Below, one piece after another: positions 43,758-53,956 of a stretch of DNA of 64,000 nucleotides. Under the pieces are notes generated by a model, which saw only the letters and a program-made list of their open reading frames with translations, made no database searches and was not told where the DNA came from. The first letter of the stretch is position 1; each line of letters opens with the position of its first letter. The stretch is from Cyanobacteriota bacterium (lineage in GTDB: Bacteria; Cyanobacteriota; Cyanobacteriia; PCC-6307; Cyanobiaceae). The stretch is taken from assembly GCA_046052125.1 (NCBI GenBank), contig JBJOMY010000002.1:192001-256000 (forward strand). Reading direction: 5' to 3'. The position numbers were made by a program, and so were the translations under genes.

Positions 43758-44903
43758 TTGAAAATCGCCCTCTTCACCGAAACCTTCCTGCCCAAGGTGG
43801 ATGGGATCGTCACCCGTCTCACCAAAACGGTGGAACACCTGGTGGCGGCTGGGGATGAGGTGCTGATCGTCTGCCCAGAAGGCGCTCCCAATACCTACAT
43901 GGGCGCCCAGGTGTTGGGGGTGCCGGCCATGCCGCTGCCGCTCTACCCGGAGCTGAAGCTGGCCCTGCCGAGGCCCATGGTGTCGGATGCGCTGGAAGCC
44001 TTCAATCCCGATCTGGTCCACGTGGTGAACCCAGCCGTGCTCGGACTGGGGGGCATCTGGATCGCGAAAACCAAGGGCTACCCGCTGGTGGCCAGCTATC
44101 ACACCCACCTGCCCAAATACCTGGAGCACTACGGCCTCGGCATGCTCGAGCCCGTGCTCTGGGAACTGCTCAAGGCAGCCCACAACCAGGCCCAGCTCAA
44201 CCTCTGCACCTCCACGGCGATGGTGTCGGAGCTGAGCGAGAAGGGTATCCAGCACACCGCCCTCTGGCAGCGCGGGGTCGACACCGATCTGTTCCGCCCC
44301 GAGCTGCGCAGCGATGCCATGCGCCAGCGCCTGCTGGGGGGCCGCAGCGACACCGGTCAGCTGCTCCTTTACATCGGCCGGCTCTCAGCAGAGAAGCAGA
44401 TCGAACGGATCCGGCCGGTGCTGGATGCCCTGCCCGATGCGCGGTTAGCCCTGGTGGGCGATGGTCCCTTCCGCCAGCAACTGGAAACCCTGTTCGCCGG
44501 CAGCGCCGCCACCTTTGTGGGCTACCTGGCCGGAGAAGAGCTTGCCAGCGCCTACGCCAGCGCTGATGCCTTCCTGTTCCCCAGCAGCACCGAAACCCTG
44601 GGTCTGGTGCTTTTGGAAGCGATGGCCGCCGGCTGCCCCGTGGTGGGCGCCAACCGCGGCGGCATCCCCGACATCGTGAGCGATGGGGTGAATGGTTGCC
44701 TCTACGAACCCGATGGGGTGGATGGGGGCGCCGGCAGCCTCACCGCCGCAGCCCTGCGCCTGCTCGGCGATCCCAGCCAGCGGGAACAGCTGCGCCTGAA
44801 TGCCCGCCAGGAAGCGGAGCGCTGGGGCTGGGCCGGAGCCACCGAGCAGCTGCGTGGCTACTACCGCCAGGTGCTGGAGCCCTCTCCAGCCCTACTGAGC
44901 TAG
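43758..44903 (+). CDS. sqdX: Sulfoquinovosyltransferase (GT4)
   Basis: FTETFLPKVDG, SYHTH and ETLGLVLLEAMA motifs; directly follows sqdB. Confidence 0.93.
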   Translation: MKIALFTETFLPKVDGIVTRLTKTVEHLVAAGDEVLIVCPEGAPNTYMGAQVLGVPAMPLPLYPELKLALPRPMVSDALEAFNPDLVHVVNPAVLGLGGIWIAKTKGYPLVASYHTHLPKYLEHYGLGMLEPVLWELLKAAHNQAQLNLCTSTAMVSELSEKGIQHTALWQRGVDTDLFRPELRSDAMRQRLLGGRSDTGQLLLYIGRLSAEKQIERIRPVLDALPDARLALVGDGPFRQQLETLFAGSAATFVGYLAGEELASAYASADAFLFPSSTETLGLVLLEAMAAGCPVVGANRGGIPDIVSDGVNGCLYEPDGVDGGAGSLTAAALRLLGDPSQREQLRLNARQEAERWGWAGATEQLRGYYRQVLEPSPALLS

Positions 44904-46660
44904 CGAGCAGCCTTCTTCTCCGCAGGCTGGGTGCCACGGAACCAGGTGGTCATGAGCGCTTTCACCATCGGCGCCGCCACCGTCCCGCCATAACCGCCAC
45001 TGTTTTCACCGAACGCCACGATCACCAGCGTGGGCTTTCCCGCCGGGGCGTAACCACCGAACCAGGCGTGATCCGGGCGCGGCGGATCTTCGCCCGTGCC
45101 GGTTTTGCCGGCCACAGGCGGCAGATTCGGATCGTTGAGGATCGTGGCCGTGCCATCGGTCACCACCATGCGCAGGCCCTTGCGCAGCACTCTGAGGGTG
45201 GATGACTTGAGCCCGATCCAACGCCGCTCGGTGGGACGCTCCACCACATGCGGAGTGACCAGCCAACCGCCATTGGCAACGGCGGCATAGAGGCGGGCCA
45301 TCTGTAAGGGGGTCACGAGCACAGGCCCCTGGCCGATCGCTGAACTGATCGTGTCGATATGGGTCCAGGGTTCGCCGTACACCTTCTGCTTCCAGGCCTC
45401 ATCCCCCAGCAGACCGGGACCATCTTCATCCTTGAGCTCAATGCCAGTCAGCTGGCCGTAGCCCATGCGCCGGGCCGCCTTGAACAGTTCGGTTGGGCCC
45501 ACCTTCAAGCCCACCTGGTAGTAGAAGCTGTTGCTGCTCACGGCGAGCGCCATCGGGAAGCCGATCTGCCCAAAGCTGCCGTGATCGCCGTAGCACTGCC
45601 CGCGGTAGCAGAAGGAATTCATCGTGGGCAGCTTGCTGTTTTCGCCGAACTTGCCCGACTCAAAGCCCGCGATGGTGGTGACCAGCTTGAAGGTGCTGGC
45701 CGGAGGGAATCCTTGGAAGGCGCGATTGAGCATCGGCGCTTCAGGGCCACCGAGGGCCTGCCACTCCGCAGCCGTAGGCCCAGTGGAAAAGATGTTGGGA
45801 TCGAAGTTGGGCCGACTCGCCATGGCCCGGATCGCACCGGTCTGGGGATCCATGGCCACGATGGCGCCCTTACGCACACCGGAGAGGGCTTTCTCCGCCG
45901 TTTTCTGAAGCTCCAGATCAAGGGTGAGGCGCAGATCCTTGCCGGCTTTGGAGGCTTTCTCGCCCAGCACCCGCTGCACCTGGCCGGCCGCGTTCACTTC
46001 CAGCTGCTGGCCGCCCCACTCCCCCCGCAGGTGCTGCTCAAAGGCGCTTTCGATCCCGCTGCGACCGATGCGGTCCTGCATGCGATAGCCCTTACTCTCG
46101 AGCCGCTCGTATTCCTCCGCCGTGATCGGGCTTGTGTAGCCGAGCACATGGGAGCCGAGGCTGCCGTAGAGGTAGTTGCGCACGAAATCCAGATCGATCT
46201 CGGCGCCGCGCAAGGCGCTGGCCTGCTCCCTGAACCGCAGCACCTGCTCGGGCTTGAGGTTGCTGGCCAGTTCGATGCGATACCCCTCCGCATTGAGACC
46301 GGCGCGGCGCTTCTGCTCGAGTTGGTCTTCGCTAATGCCAACCACTGCACTCAGCCGCTTCCTCAGGGCCGGCCAGGCCGCAGCACTCACATCCCTGGGC
46401 TGGACATACAGGTTGTAGGGCAGGCGGGTGGACACCATCACCTGGCCGTTGCGATCGAGGATCCGGCCCCGCAGCGGATGACGAGGCACCAGACGGATGC
46501 GGTTCTCATCAGCGCGGGCCCGGTTCTCAGGGCCATGCACAAGCTGCAGCCAGGCGAGGCGCGCCACCATCGACGAAGCAAACAGCACCACCACAGCCAG
46601 CAGGATCGCTGGCTGCTGCTGCATGCCTGTATGCCGCTGTCCGCTCGCGATCAGAGCCAC
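44900..46660 (-). CDS. mrdA: Penicillin-binding protein 2
   Basis: RGRILDRNG; SxxK (STFK), SxN (SSN) and KTG motifs. Confidence 0.93.
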   Translation of the reverse strand: MALIASGQRHTGMQQQPAILLAVVVLFASSMVARLAWLQLVHGPENRARADENRIRLVPRHPLRGRILDRNGQVMVSTRLPYNLYVQPRDVSAAAWPALRKRLSAVVGISEDQLEQKRRAGLNAEGYRIELASNLKPEQVLRFREQASALRGAEIDLDFVRNYLYGSLGSHVLGYTSPITAEEYERLESKGYRMQDRIGRSGIESAFEQHLRGEWGGQQLEVNAAGQVQRVLGEKASKAGKDLRLTLDLELQKTAEKALSGVRKGAIVAMDPQTGAIRAMASRPNFDPNIFSTGPTAAEWQALGGPEAPMLNRAFQGFPPASTFKLVTTIAGFESGKFGENSKLPTMNSFCYRGQCYGDHGSFGQIGFPMALAVSSNSFYYQVGLKVGPTELFKAARRMGYGQLTGIELKDEDGPGLLGDEAWKQKVYGEPWTHIDTISSAIGQGPVLVTPLQMARLYAAVANGGWLVTPHVVERPTERRWIGLKSSTLRVLRKGLRMVVTDGTATILNDPNLPPVAGKTGTGEDPPRPDHAWFGGYAPAGKPTLVIVAFGENSGGYGGTVAAPMVKALMTTWFRGTQPAEKKAAR

Positions 46661-46665
46661 GCCGC

Positions 46666-47025
46666 TCAGGCCTCCGGATGCAGCCGCTGCTCGAGCAGGG
46701 TCAGCCGATCGGAGATGCGTGCCAGGGCCTGCTGCAGTTCCTGGCGATCTTCGGGGGCCGGGGCCTCAGCCGGCACGTCGCGCACCTCTACCTTCATCAC
46801 CGGATTGCCCAGGCCCGGTTGAAGCCGATCGAGGCTCTCGCGCACCTGACGGGCTGCCATCTCCCCTTCATCCTTGAGCTGGGCCAGAGGGTCAGTAACG
46901 CCGCTAAAGGCATCGATCACATCGCGAGGCCCACCGCGGCGCACCCGCTCCGCCACGGCCAGACCCACCGGCAACACGTCTTGCATCAGCGTGAGGCGCA
47001 GGGCATCGAGGGGATCAGAAGCCAT
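46666..47025 (-). CDS. Hypothetical protein
   Basis: Co-oriented, ending 5 bp upstream of mrdA; C-terminal coiled coil. Confidence 0.75.
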   Translation of the reverse strand: MASDPLDALRLTLMQDVLPVGLAVAERVRRGGPRDVIDAFSGVTDPLAQLKDEGEMAARQVRESLDRLQPGLGNPVMKVEVRDVPAEAPAPEDRQELQQALARISDRLTLLEQRLHPEA

Positions 47026-47082
47026 CGGAGCCGAGCGGCGGGGCTGCAAGTGCTCACAGTCTGGCGTGCAGAGGCGGGCTGC

Positions 47083-47694
47083 TCAGCGGGCGCCGGTTTC
47101 CACAGGCGGTTGCACAATCTGTTGCCGGCAGAACTGCTGCGATCCCCACCACCAGCCAGCGCCAACGGCCACCACCACCAGGGCCGTGAACGGAAGCAGC
47201 GCCTGGCGGGTCACGGGCAACACCATCCACTCGCTCCAGTCGCGCAGCAGCCGTTCGCGATCAAACCGACGACGCTCACTCACCTCCTGCTGGAGTCGGC
47301 GCTTCAGGGCTTTAGCCACCCAGCGCTCAAAGGCGCGTTTCTTGGTGACGGCCATCTTGCGCTCCACCTCCAGCAGCTGGCCGGGGGTGAGCTCGGGGTT
47401 GAAGGTGCTGATCAGCTCCAGGCTCTTGAGGAACATCTCAACAGCCCCATCCTTGATCACCCGCTCGTCATCACTGAGCAGATCCCAATCGAGTTCGGGA
47501 TAGAAACGCACCCTGTTGGCGCTTACCTGATCCTCAGCCAGCTGGCCGGGCTCGCGCAGCCAGCGATCGGTATTGGCATCGAAGCGGCGCCAATACAGGA
47601 ATGGGTTGAGATAGATCACCTTGCCGGCCAGCTGGATGCTGTCCTGCTGGAGGCGGCGCTGCAGCTGGAGGTCCTGCTGGGGGGCGGCGGTCAA
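47083..47694 (-). CDS. Hypothetical protein with a C-terminal TM helix
   Basis: YLNPFLYWRRFD..DRWLREPG; TM helix near the C-terminus; TTG start. Confidence 0.8.
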   Translation of the reverse strand: MTAAPQQDLQLQRRLQQDSIQLAGKVIYLNPFLYWRRFDANTDRWLREPGQLAEDQVSANRVRFYPELDWDLLSDDERVIKDGAVEMFLKSLELISTFNPELTPGQLLEVERKMAVTKKRAFERWVAKALKRRLQQEVSERRRFDRERLLRDWSEWMVLPVTRQALLPFTALVVVAVGAGWWWGSQQFCRQQIVQPPVETGAR

Positions 47695-47755
47695 GGCTCC
47701 TGGGCCGGGGCCCCGAGGGTAACGGAGCCTCCCGGTTGCGGCTAGCCGGCGGCCT

Positions 47756-49351
47756 TCACTCCCACTCGATCGTGCCGGGGGGCTTGCTGGTGATGTCGAG
47801 CACCACGCGGTTCACGCCCTTCACCTCATTCACGATCCGGTTGGAGATCGTTTCCAGCAGGTCGTAGGGCAGGCGTGACCAATCCGCCGTCATGCCGTCT
47901 TCACTGGACACGCAGCGCAGCACCACCGGGAAGGCATAGGTGCGCTTGTCGCCCATCACGCCAACGCTGCGCACCGGCAGCAGCACGGCGAAGGCCTGCC
48001 AGATGTCGTGATACAGCCCTGCGTTCTTGATCTCCTCGCGCACGATCAGGTCGGCATCGCGCAGGATGTCGAGCTTGTCGTCGGTGACCTCGCCGAGGAT
48101 GCGGATCGCCAGGCCGGGACCCGGGAAGGGATGGCGGCCCACGATCTCCTCGGGAAGGCCGAGGGTGCGGCCCACCTTGCGCACTTCATCTTTGAAGAGC
48201 TTGCGCAGGGGCTCCACCAACTTGAACTGCAGATCCTTGGGCAGGCCGCCCACGTTGTGGTGGCTCTTGATCTTCACCGCCACCCGCTCACCCGTTTTGG
48301 GATCAACGTTGGTGCCAGCGCTCTCGATCACATCGGGATAAAGCGTGCCCTGAGCGAGGTAATCAAAGGGACCAAGGCGCTTGCTCTCCTCTTCAAACAC
48401 CCGGATGAATTCCGTACCGATCAGCTTGCGCTTTTCCTCAGGGTCGGTGACGCCAGCGAGCTTGTTGATGAAGCGTTCGCGTGCATTGATGTACTCCACA
48501 TTGATGTGGAAGCGCTTGTCGAAAAACTCCACCAGAAACTCGGGCTCGCCTTTGCGCATGAAGCCTTGATCGATGAACATGCAGGTGAGCTGATCACCGA
48601 TCGCCTTGTGCAGCAGGAAGGCGAGCGTGGAGGAATCAACACCCCCGGAGAGCGCCAACAGGACGCGCTTATCGCCCACCTGCCGGCGCACATCGGCCAC
48701 CGCCTCATCAATGAAGGCCGCGGTGGTCCAGTCGGGCAGACAACCGCAAATGTGATAGACGAAATTGCGCAGCAACGCCATGCCGCACACGGAGTGCACC
48801 ACCTCCGGGTGGAACTGCACGCCATAGAGGCGCCGCTCGTGGTGAGCCACAGCGGCTTCCGGGGTGTTGTCGGTGTGGGCCAGCCGCACAAACCCATCCG
48901 GCAGGCGCTCCACGGAATCACCGTGGCTCATCCACATCGTGGAGCCTTCATCCACGTTGGTGAGCAGATCGGTGGGGTCGTCCACATAGAGCGGCGCCTT
49001 GCCGTATTCAGCGCGGCCGGCGGCTACCACCGAGCCCCCCAGCTGCTGCACCATCAGTTGCATGCCGTAGCAAACACCAAGCACTGGAATCCGCAGGTTC
49101 CAGATCTCGGGATCACACAGCGGTGCGTACTCGGCGTACACCGAACTGGGGCCGCCACTGAGAATGATGCCCTTGGGGTTGATCGCCTTCAGTTCGGCTG
49201 CCGTTGTGCTGTACCCCATCACCAGGGAATACACCTCGGTTTCCCGCACGCGCCGAGCAATCAGCTCGGAATACTGGGAACCGAAATCGAGAATCACGAT
49301 CGCCGGATGACGATCGGTTTCGCCGATGGCGGTGGGGTTCACGTTGGACAT
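47756..49351 (-). CDS. guaA: GMP synthase
   Basis: LDFGSQY, GVCYGMQ, QFHPEV, SGGVDS and KPPGTIEWE motifs. Confidence 0.99.
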   Translation of the reverse strand: MSNVNPTAIGETDRHPAIVILDFGSQYSELIARRVRETEVYSLVMGYSTTAAELKAINPKGIILSGGPSSVYAEYAPLCDPEIWNLRIPVLGVCYGMQLMVQQLGGSVVAAGRAEYGKAPLYVDDPTDLLTNVDEGSTMWMSHGDSVERLPDGFVRLAHTDNTPEAAVAHHERRLYGVQFHPEVVHSVCGMALLRNFVYHICGCLPDWTTAAFIDEAVADVRRQVGDKRVLLALSGGVDSSTLAFLLHKAIGDQLTCMFIDQGFMRKGEPEFLVEFFDKRFHINVEYINARERFINKLAGVTDPEEKRKLIGTEFIRVFEEESKRLGPFDYLAQGTLYPDVIESAGTNVDPKTGERVAVKIKSHHNVGGLPKDLQFKLVEPLRKLFKDEVRKVGRTLGLPEEIVGRHPFPGPGLAIRILGEVTDDKLDILRDADLIVREEIKNAGLYHDIWQAFAVLLPVRSVGVMGDKRTYAFPVVLRCVSSEDGMTADWSRLPYDLLETISNRIVNEVKGVNRVVLDITSKPPGTIEWE

Positions 49352-49385
49352 AGGGCGGCCAGCTGCTGCGGCCCGGGCAATCTCT

Positions 49386-50516
49386 TCACCCTAGATCTCG
49401 GGCCCTGAAGGCCTCCAGCAAACCAGCGCCCAGCGGGCCCTCGGCGCACACCTGCCGCTGGCGATCAAACAGCACGGCCCCCACCTGCATCCGGCTCTGG
49501 CCGTGGCGGGCCAGATAGCTGCAGCTGCGCGCCTCCACGGCCGCCGCCAGGCGCTGCTGCAGAGCCTGAGCCCCACCCGGATCCAGGGCAGCCAGATCGC
49601 GCAGCGCCTCATCCACGCTTGCGGAGCCGGCTAGCTGCTGCAGCCGCTCCAGCGGCAAACCCAACAGCGCCGCCTGGGTGGTGAGCACCTCGAGGCGGCC
49701 ATCGGCCAGATGGTGGTGGGTGTGAAAGATGCCCCCCGCCAGCTTCAGCAACTTGCCCTGGTAGCCGAACAGCAACAGGCGCTCGATGCCCTGTTCGGCC
49801 GCGGCCACCAACAGGGGCCCCACCCAGTTGCCGGCCTTGAGCAACAGCGCCGCCGGCAACCCCAGGCGGGGCGCCAGATCGAGGCCGTTCTCCCCGATCA
49901 CCAACACCAGATCCTTCGGCAGAGCCGGATCGGCGGCACGCCGGGCCAGCTCGGCGCGGGCGCTGGCCAACTGGTCGGGGTCGGCACTGCGTTGCACCGC
50001 AGCCTGGGTGCCGATCAAGGCCAGGCCATCCACCACACCGAAGGCGGCATTGCTGGTGCGCACCGCCAGCTCACGCCCCCCCGGCAGGGTGATGCGCAGC
50101 CGCAGGGCATCGCCCTGGGGCACCAATGGCCTGAGATTGCACTCCAGCAACTGCCGGGCGAACTGCGACACGCACAGCTCAGCGCTGCCGGCCTGCACAC
50201 CCACCCCCTCGCCGGCCTCCAGCGCCAACCACTGATCCGCGGCTGGCTGCCTGCACCAGTGGGCCTCCACCCACACGGGCAGGCCTCGGGTGAGATCCAG
50301 CCCATCACCGGGCTCACAGCGGGCCATCCCCAGGGCACGCCCCGCCCCCAGCCGGGCCGCCGCTTCCACTGGCACCGGCTGGAGCGGGGCCTCGGCGGCA
50401 TCGGGCCGAAGTTGAAGCTGAACCAGGGGCAAGAACGGCTGATCCAACAACTGCTGCACCGCCGCCTGGGCTGCGGCAGCCACCCACACCGGCAAGGTGA
50501 AGCCGCCGCTGGTCAT
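49386..50516 (-). CDS. cbiD: Cobalt-precorrin-5B methyltransferase
   Basis: [25 protein letters not shown] and [14 protein letters not shown] motifs. Confidence 0.93.
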   Translation of the reverse strand: MTSGGFTLPVWVAAAAQAAVQQLLDQPFLPLVQLQLRPDAAEAPLQPVPVEAAARLGAGRALGMARCEPGDGLDLTRGLPVWVEAHWCRQPAADQWLALEAGEGVGVQAGSAELCVSQFARQLLECNLRPLVPQGDALRLRITLPGGRELAVRTSNAAFGVVDGLALIGTQAAVQRSADPDQLASARAELARRAADPALPKDLVLVIGENGLDLAPRLGLPAALLLKAGNWVGPLLVAAAEQGIERLLLFGYQGKLLKLAGGIFHTHHHLADGRLEVLTTQAALLGLPLERLQQLAGSASVDEALRDLAALDPGGAQALQQRLAAAVEARSCSYLARHGQSRMQVGAVLFDRQRQVCAEGPLGAGLLEAFRARDLG

Positions 50517-50617
50517 GGCGTTAGAGACAGGGGAAAGGAAGGCCGTTTTTTAAGGTGGTGGATTGCGCCGCATCGGGCTGCGCAGCCGCCTCCAGATTCG
50601 CCCCACCAGCCTCTTCC

Positions 50618-51769
50618 ATGCAGGACAAGCTCACCCTGATGATCCCCGGCCCCACTCCGGTGCCGGAAACCGTCCTGCAGGCGATGGGACGCCACCCCAT
50701 CGGTCACCGCAGCGCCGACTTCCAAAAGATCGTGCGCCGCACCACCGAGCAGCTGCAGTGGCTGCATCAAACGAAAAATGATGTGTTGGTGATCACCGGC
50801 AGCGGCACCGCCGCCATGGAAGCCGGAATCATCAACGTGCTGAGCAAGGGCGACAAGGTGCTCTGCGGCGATAACGGCAAGTTTGGTGAGCGCTGGGTGA
50901 AGGTGGCCAAGGCCTATGGCCTGGATGTGGAGGTGGTGAAGGCCGAGTGGGGTCAGCCGCTCGATCCCGAAGCCTTCCGCGCCGCCCTCGAGGCCGACAG
51001 CGCCAAGGCGATCAAGGCCGTGATCCTCACCCACTCGGAAACCTCCACCGGGGTGATCAACGATCTGGAAACGATCGCCAAGCACGTCAAGGCCCACGGC
51101 ACCGCCCTCACCATCGCCGACTGCGTGACCAGCCTGGGCGCCTGCAGCGTGCCGATGGATGCCTGGGGCATCGACGTGATCGGCTCCGGCTCCCAGAAGG
51201 GATACATGATGCCGCCGGGCCTGGCCTTCGTGGCCATGAGCGATCGCGCCTGGGCCGCCGCCGAGCGCTCCGACCTGCCGAAGTTCTATCTGGATCTTGC
51301 GAAGTACCGCAAATCGGCCCACGCCGACAGCAATCCCTTCACCCCGGCGATCAACCTCTACTTCGCCCTTGAAGCGGCGCTGGAGATGATGCAGGCCGAA
51401 GGCCTGGAGGAGATCTTCGCCCGCCATGCTCGCCACCGCGCCGCCGCCCAGGCCGGCATGAAGGCGATCGGTCTGCCCCTCTACGCCGCAGAGGGTTGCG
51501 GCAGCCCGGCGATCACCGCCGTGGCACCCGAGGGCATCGACGCCGAGAGCCTGCGCAAGAAGGTGAAAGAGCGCTTCGACATCCTCCTGGCCGGAGGCCA
51601 GGACCACCTCAAAGGCCACGTGTTCCGCATCGGCCACCTGGGCTTCGTGTGCGATCGCGATGTGCTCACCGCCGTGGCCGCCATCGAGGCGACCCTGCAG
51701 GAGCTGGGCCTGCACAAAGGCAGCGCCGGCGCCGGCGTGGCCGCCTGCGCAGCCGCCCTGGCCAGCTGA
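50618..51769 (+). CDS. Class V PLP aminotransferase (serine:pyruvate/alanine:glyoxylate type)
   Basis: MIPGPTP, SGTAAMEA, HSETSTG, SQK (PLP lysine) and FRIGHLG motifs. Confidence 0.93.
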   Translation: MQDKLTLMIPGPTPVPETVLQAMGRHPIGHRSADFQKIVRRTTEQLQWLHQTKNDVLVITGSGTAAMEAGIINVLSKGDKVLCGDNGKFGERWVKVAKAYGLDVEVVKAEWGQPLDPEAFRAALEADSAKAIKAVILTHSETSTGVINDLETIAKHVKAHGTALTIADCVTSLGACSVPMDAWGIDVIGSGSQKGYMMPPGLAFVAMSDRAWAAAERSDLPKFYLDLAKYRKSAHADSNPFTPAINLYFALEAALEMMQAEGLEEIFARHARHRAAAQAGMKAIGLPLYAAEGCGSPAITAVAPEGIDAESLRKKVKERFDILLAGGQDHLKGHVFRIGHLGFVCDRDVLTAVAAIEATLQELGLHKGSAGAGVAACAAALAS

Positions 51770-51840
51770 TTGAGGGGCTCAAGCCCTGCAGGCAATGCCT
51801 TCCGACCTGCCTAGGGTCGGGGGGCATGCTTTGCCTCCCG

Positions 51841-52302
51841 ATGCGCCGCTCCCTCGCTATCGCAGCCGCCTGCCTGAGCCTGGCTCTGGTGGCCTGCTCC
51901 CCTGTGGAGAAGAAAAAGAAGAACAAGGTGGCCACCGAACAACAGGCCACGGTTGATATCTGCGACCAGCTGACCAAGGTGGGCGCCGCTCTTCAAGCCA
52001 GCGCCGCCCTCAAGCCCAGCTCCACCGTGGGCGAAGCCGAAGCCGCCGGCAAACAACTGCGCACAGCCCTAAAAGGCTTGAACCAGGCAGAAACCACCCT
52101 GGAGGAAGCGCGCCTGGAGGCATTCCAGAAGCAGGCCAAAGCCTTCAATAAGGAATTGAAGAAGGTGTCGAAGGAGAAGCAGCTCACCCTCGAGGAAGCC
52201 GCCAAAACCCTGAAACCCCAGGCCGATAGCGTGGTTGCAGCACACAAGGAACTGCAGGCCGCCGTTCAGTGCAACGCGAAAGCAGCCGCCCCAGCCAACT
52301 GA
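51841..52302 (+). CDS. Hypothetical lipoprotein (helical)
   Basis: Signal peptide MRRSLAIAAACLSLALVAC; Lys/Ala/Glu-rich helices. Confidence 0.75.
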   Translation: MRRSLAIAAACLSLALVACSPVEKKKKNKVATEQQATVDICDQLTKVGAALQASAALKPSSTVGEAEAAGKQLRTALKGLNQAETTLEEARLEAFQKQAKAFNKELKKVSKEKQLTLEEAAKTLKPQADSVVAAHKELQAAVQCNAKAAAPAN

Positions 52303-52393
52303 TCTAACGCTCAGTTGCTATGGTTGGCCGAGCCAATCTTTGGATTCATCCATCGTTTCGGCCAACCAATCTGAAGCCCTAAACTTCAGATTT

Positions 52394-52465
52394 GCGGGTG
52401 TAATTCAGTGGTAGAATGTCAGCTTCCCAAGCTGAACGTCGCCGGTTCGAGCCCGGTCACCCGCT
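52394..52465 (+). tRNA. tRNA-Gly (CCC)
   Basis: Acceptor stem GCGGGTG/CACCCGC, anticodon arm TCAGC-TTCCCAA-GCTGA, T arm GCCGG-TTCGAGC-CCGGT; CCA not encoded. Confidence 0.98.
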
Positions 52466-52489
52466 TTTTAAAAACCTGATCCTTAAACC

Positions 52490-52699
52490 TCAGTTGCGGG
52501 GCTTGATCAGTTGAAGAACTTGAGGGCCAACACTGCCTGCACGGCGCTCACAATCCAGCGAACGCAGAATCAAGCGAGCGGCGCCCTCCACATCACCAGC
52601 AGCCGCTGCCAGTTCAGCCGCATCGGCATAGCTGGACGCTTCTTTCAGCAGGTCTTCGCGGCGAGCAGCAGGTGCCGGAGCCTGACGTGTCGCTTGCAT
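52490..52699 (-). CDS. Small hypothetical protein (69 aa)
   Basis: Amphipathic helices; ends LDCERRAGSVGPQVLQLIKPRN. Confidence 0.65.
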   Translation of the reverse strand: MQATRQAPAPAARREDLLKEASSYADAAELAAAAGDVEGAARLILRSLDCERRAGSVGPQVLQLIKPRN

Positions 52700-52791
52700 G
52701 CGTCGACATTGGCTTGTCCTGATGTTACCGGGCGTGGTGGTGAGCAAACAGCCAACCACAGCCCGATGATCGAATCAGCACAGAGCCAAGA

Positions 52792-52989
52792 TCAGGTTCC
52801 GGGCTCCTCTCGGTTACCACCAAGGGCATCGATCTGCGCCCGAAGCTGCTCAACACGCTGCTGATCGCCGCGGGTGATCGCTACTGCCAGGGCGAATTCC
52901 AGCTTTTCAAGCTGATGACCACCCTCGGCAAATCCACGCTTCTGACAGGCGGGGGTTGGTGCGGTGCGATGGCTGTTGGAGAAGGCCAT
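52792..52989 (-). CDS. Small hypothetical protein (65 aa)
   Basis: GFAEGGHQLEKLEFALAVAITRGD...EEPGT. Confidence 0.7.
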   Translation of the reverse strand: MAFSNSHRTAPTPACQKRGFAEGGHQLEKLEFALAVAITRGDQQRVEQLRAQIDALGGNREEPGT

Positions 52990-53032
52990 GGTTCGCTTTC
53001 TTTTCATTGTGGCACCGCTGCCAAGGCCACCG

Positions 53033-53281
53033 TCAGGCCGCCATCGGCTCCTGCTCGTCGTCGAGCAGGCTGCGGCAATCGGCCAACAGGGTGGCTACAC
53101 GATCCAGCCGCAGCAGATCGTCGGGATCGGGCTCAGGCTCTGCAGCCACCCGATCGAGCTGCAATTCCATGGCCGCCAGGCGCTGCTCCAGCTTCACCAG
53201 GCGCTGGGACAGCGCCGCCACCGTTTGCGCCAGATCTTCGGTGGATCGCGTGATCCGGAACGACACCGATTCGCCGGCCAT
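53033..53281 (-). CDS. Small coiled-coil protein (82 aa)
   Basis: VSFRITRSTEDLAQTVAALSQRLVKLEQRL heptads. Confidence 0.7.
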   Translation of the reverse strand: MAGESVSFRITRSTEDLAQTVAALSQRLVKLEQRLAAMELQLDRVAAEPEPDPDDLLRLDRVATLLADCRSLLDDEQEPMAA

Positions 53282-53365
53282 GGTGCACAAGCCAAGTGCA
53301 CCGATCACAACACACATGCGGCCAGGCAGCCAGCAGACTTGAGCCATCCCACCGATCTGGCAGCG

Positions 53366-53890
53366 ATGAGCGCGCCCCTGCAGCTGCTCGCTTATCTGAT
53401 GGCTGGCCTGGGGGGAGGATTGCTGGCGATGCGCACGGGCATCCCCGCCGCACCGCTCGCGGGCGCCCTGCTCGGAGCTGGGCTGCTGAGCCTCAGCGGC
53501 CGGCTGGAGGTGGCGAGCTGGCCAGTGGGCACGCGCACAGTGCTGGAGATCGCCATCGGCACCGTGATCGGCACCAGCCTCACCGGCACGGCCCTCACAG
53601 AACTGAGGCAGCTCTGGAAACCAGCCCTGTTGATCACGATCACCCTGGTGATGACCGGCCTGGTGGTGGGGTTGTGGTGCAGCCGCCTGCTGGGCATGGA
53701 TCCACTGGTGGCGCTGCTCGGAGCAGCCCCGGGGGGCATCAGCGGCATGAGCCTTGTGGGAGCTGAATTCGGCGTGGGCGCTGCGGTGGCAGCGCTGCAC
53801 GCTGTGCGCCTGATCATCGTGTTGCTGGTGCTGCCCCTGGCCGTGCGGGTGCTTGTGGCCAGTGGCCTCAGCCAGCCCCCGGCCCCCTGA
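53366..53890 (+). CDS. Membrane AbrB family protein (single repeat)
   Basis: Five TM segments; PAAPLAGAL, IGTVIG and APGGISGM motifs. Confidence 0.85.
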   Translation: MSAPLQLLAYLMAGLGGGLLAMRTGIPAAPLAGALLGAGLLSLSGRLEVASWPVGTRTVLEIAIGTVIGTSLTGTALTELRQLWKPALLITITLVMTGLVVGLWCSRLLGMDPLVALLGAAPGGISGMSLVGAEFGVGAAVAALHAVRLIIVLLVLPLAVRVLVASGLSQPPAP

Positions 53891-53956
53891 AGCTCCACTC
53901 CACTGGATCACTGCCCAGGCGCCCGATACCTTGGGGCGCGTCGCACCGCCAGATCC

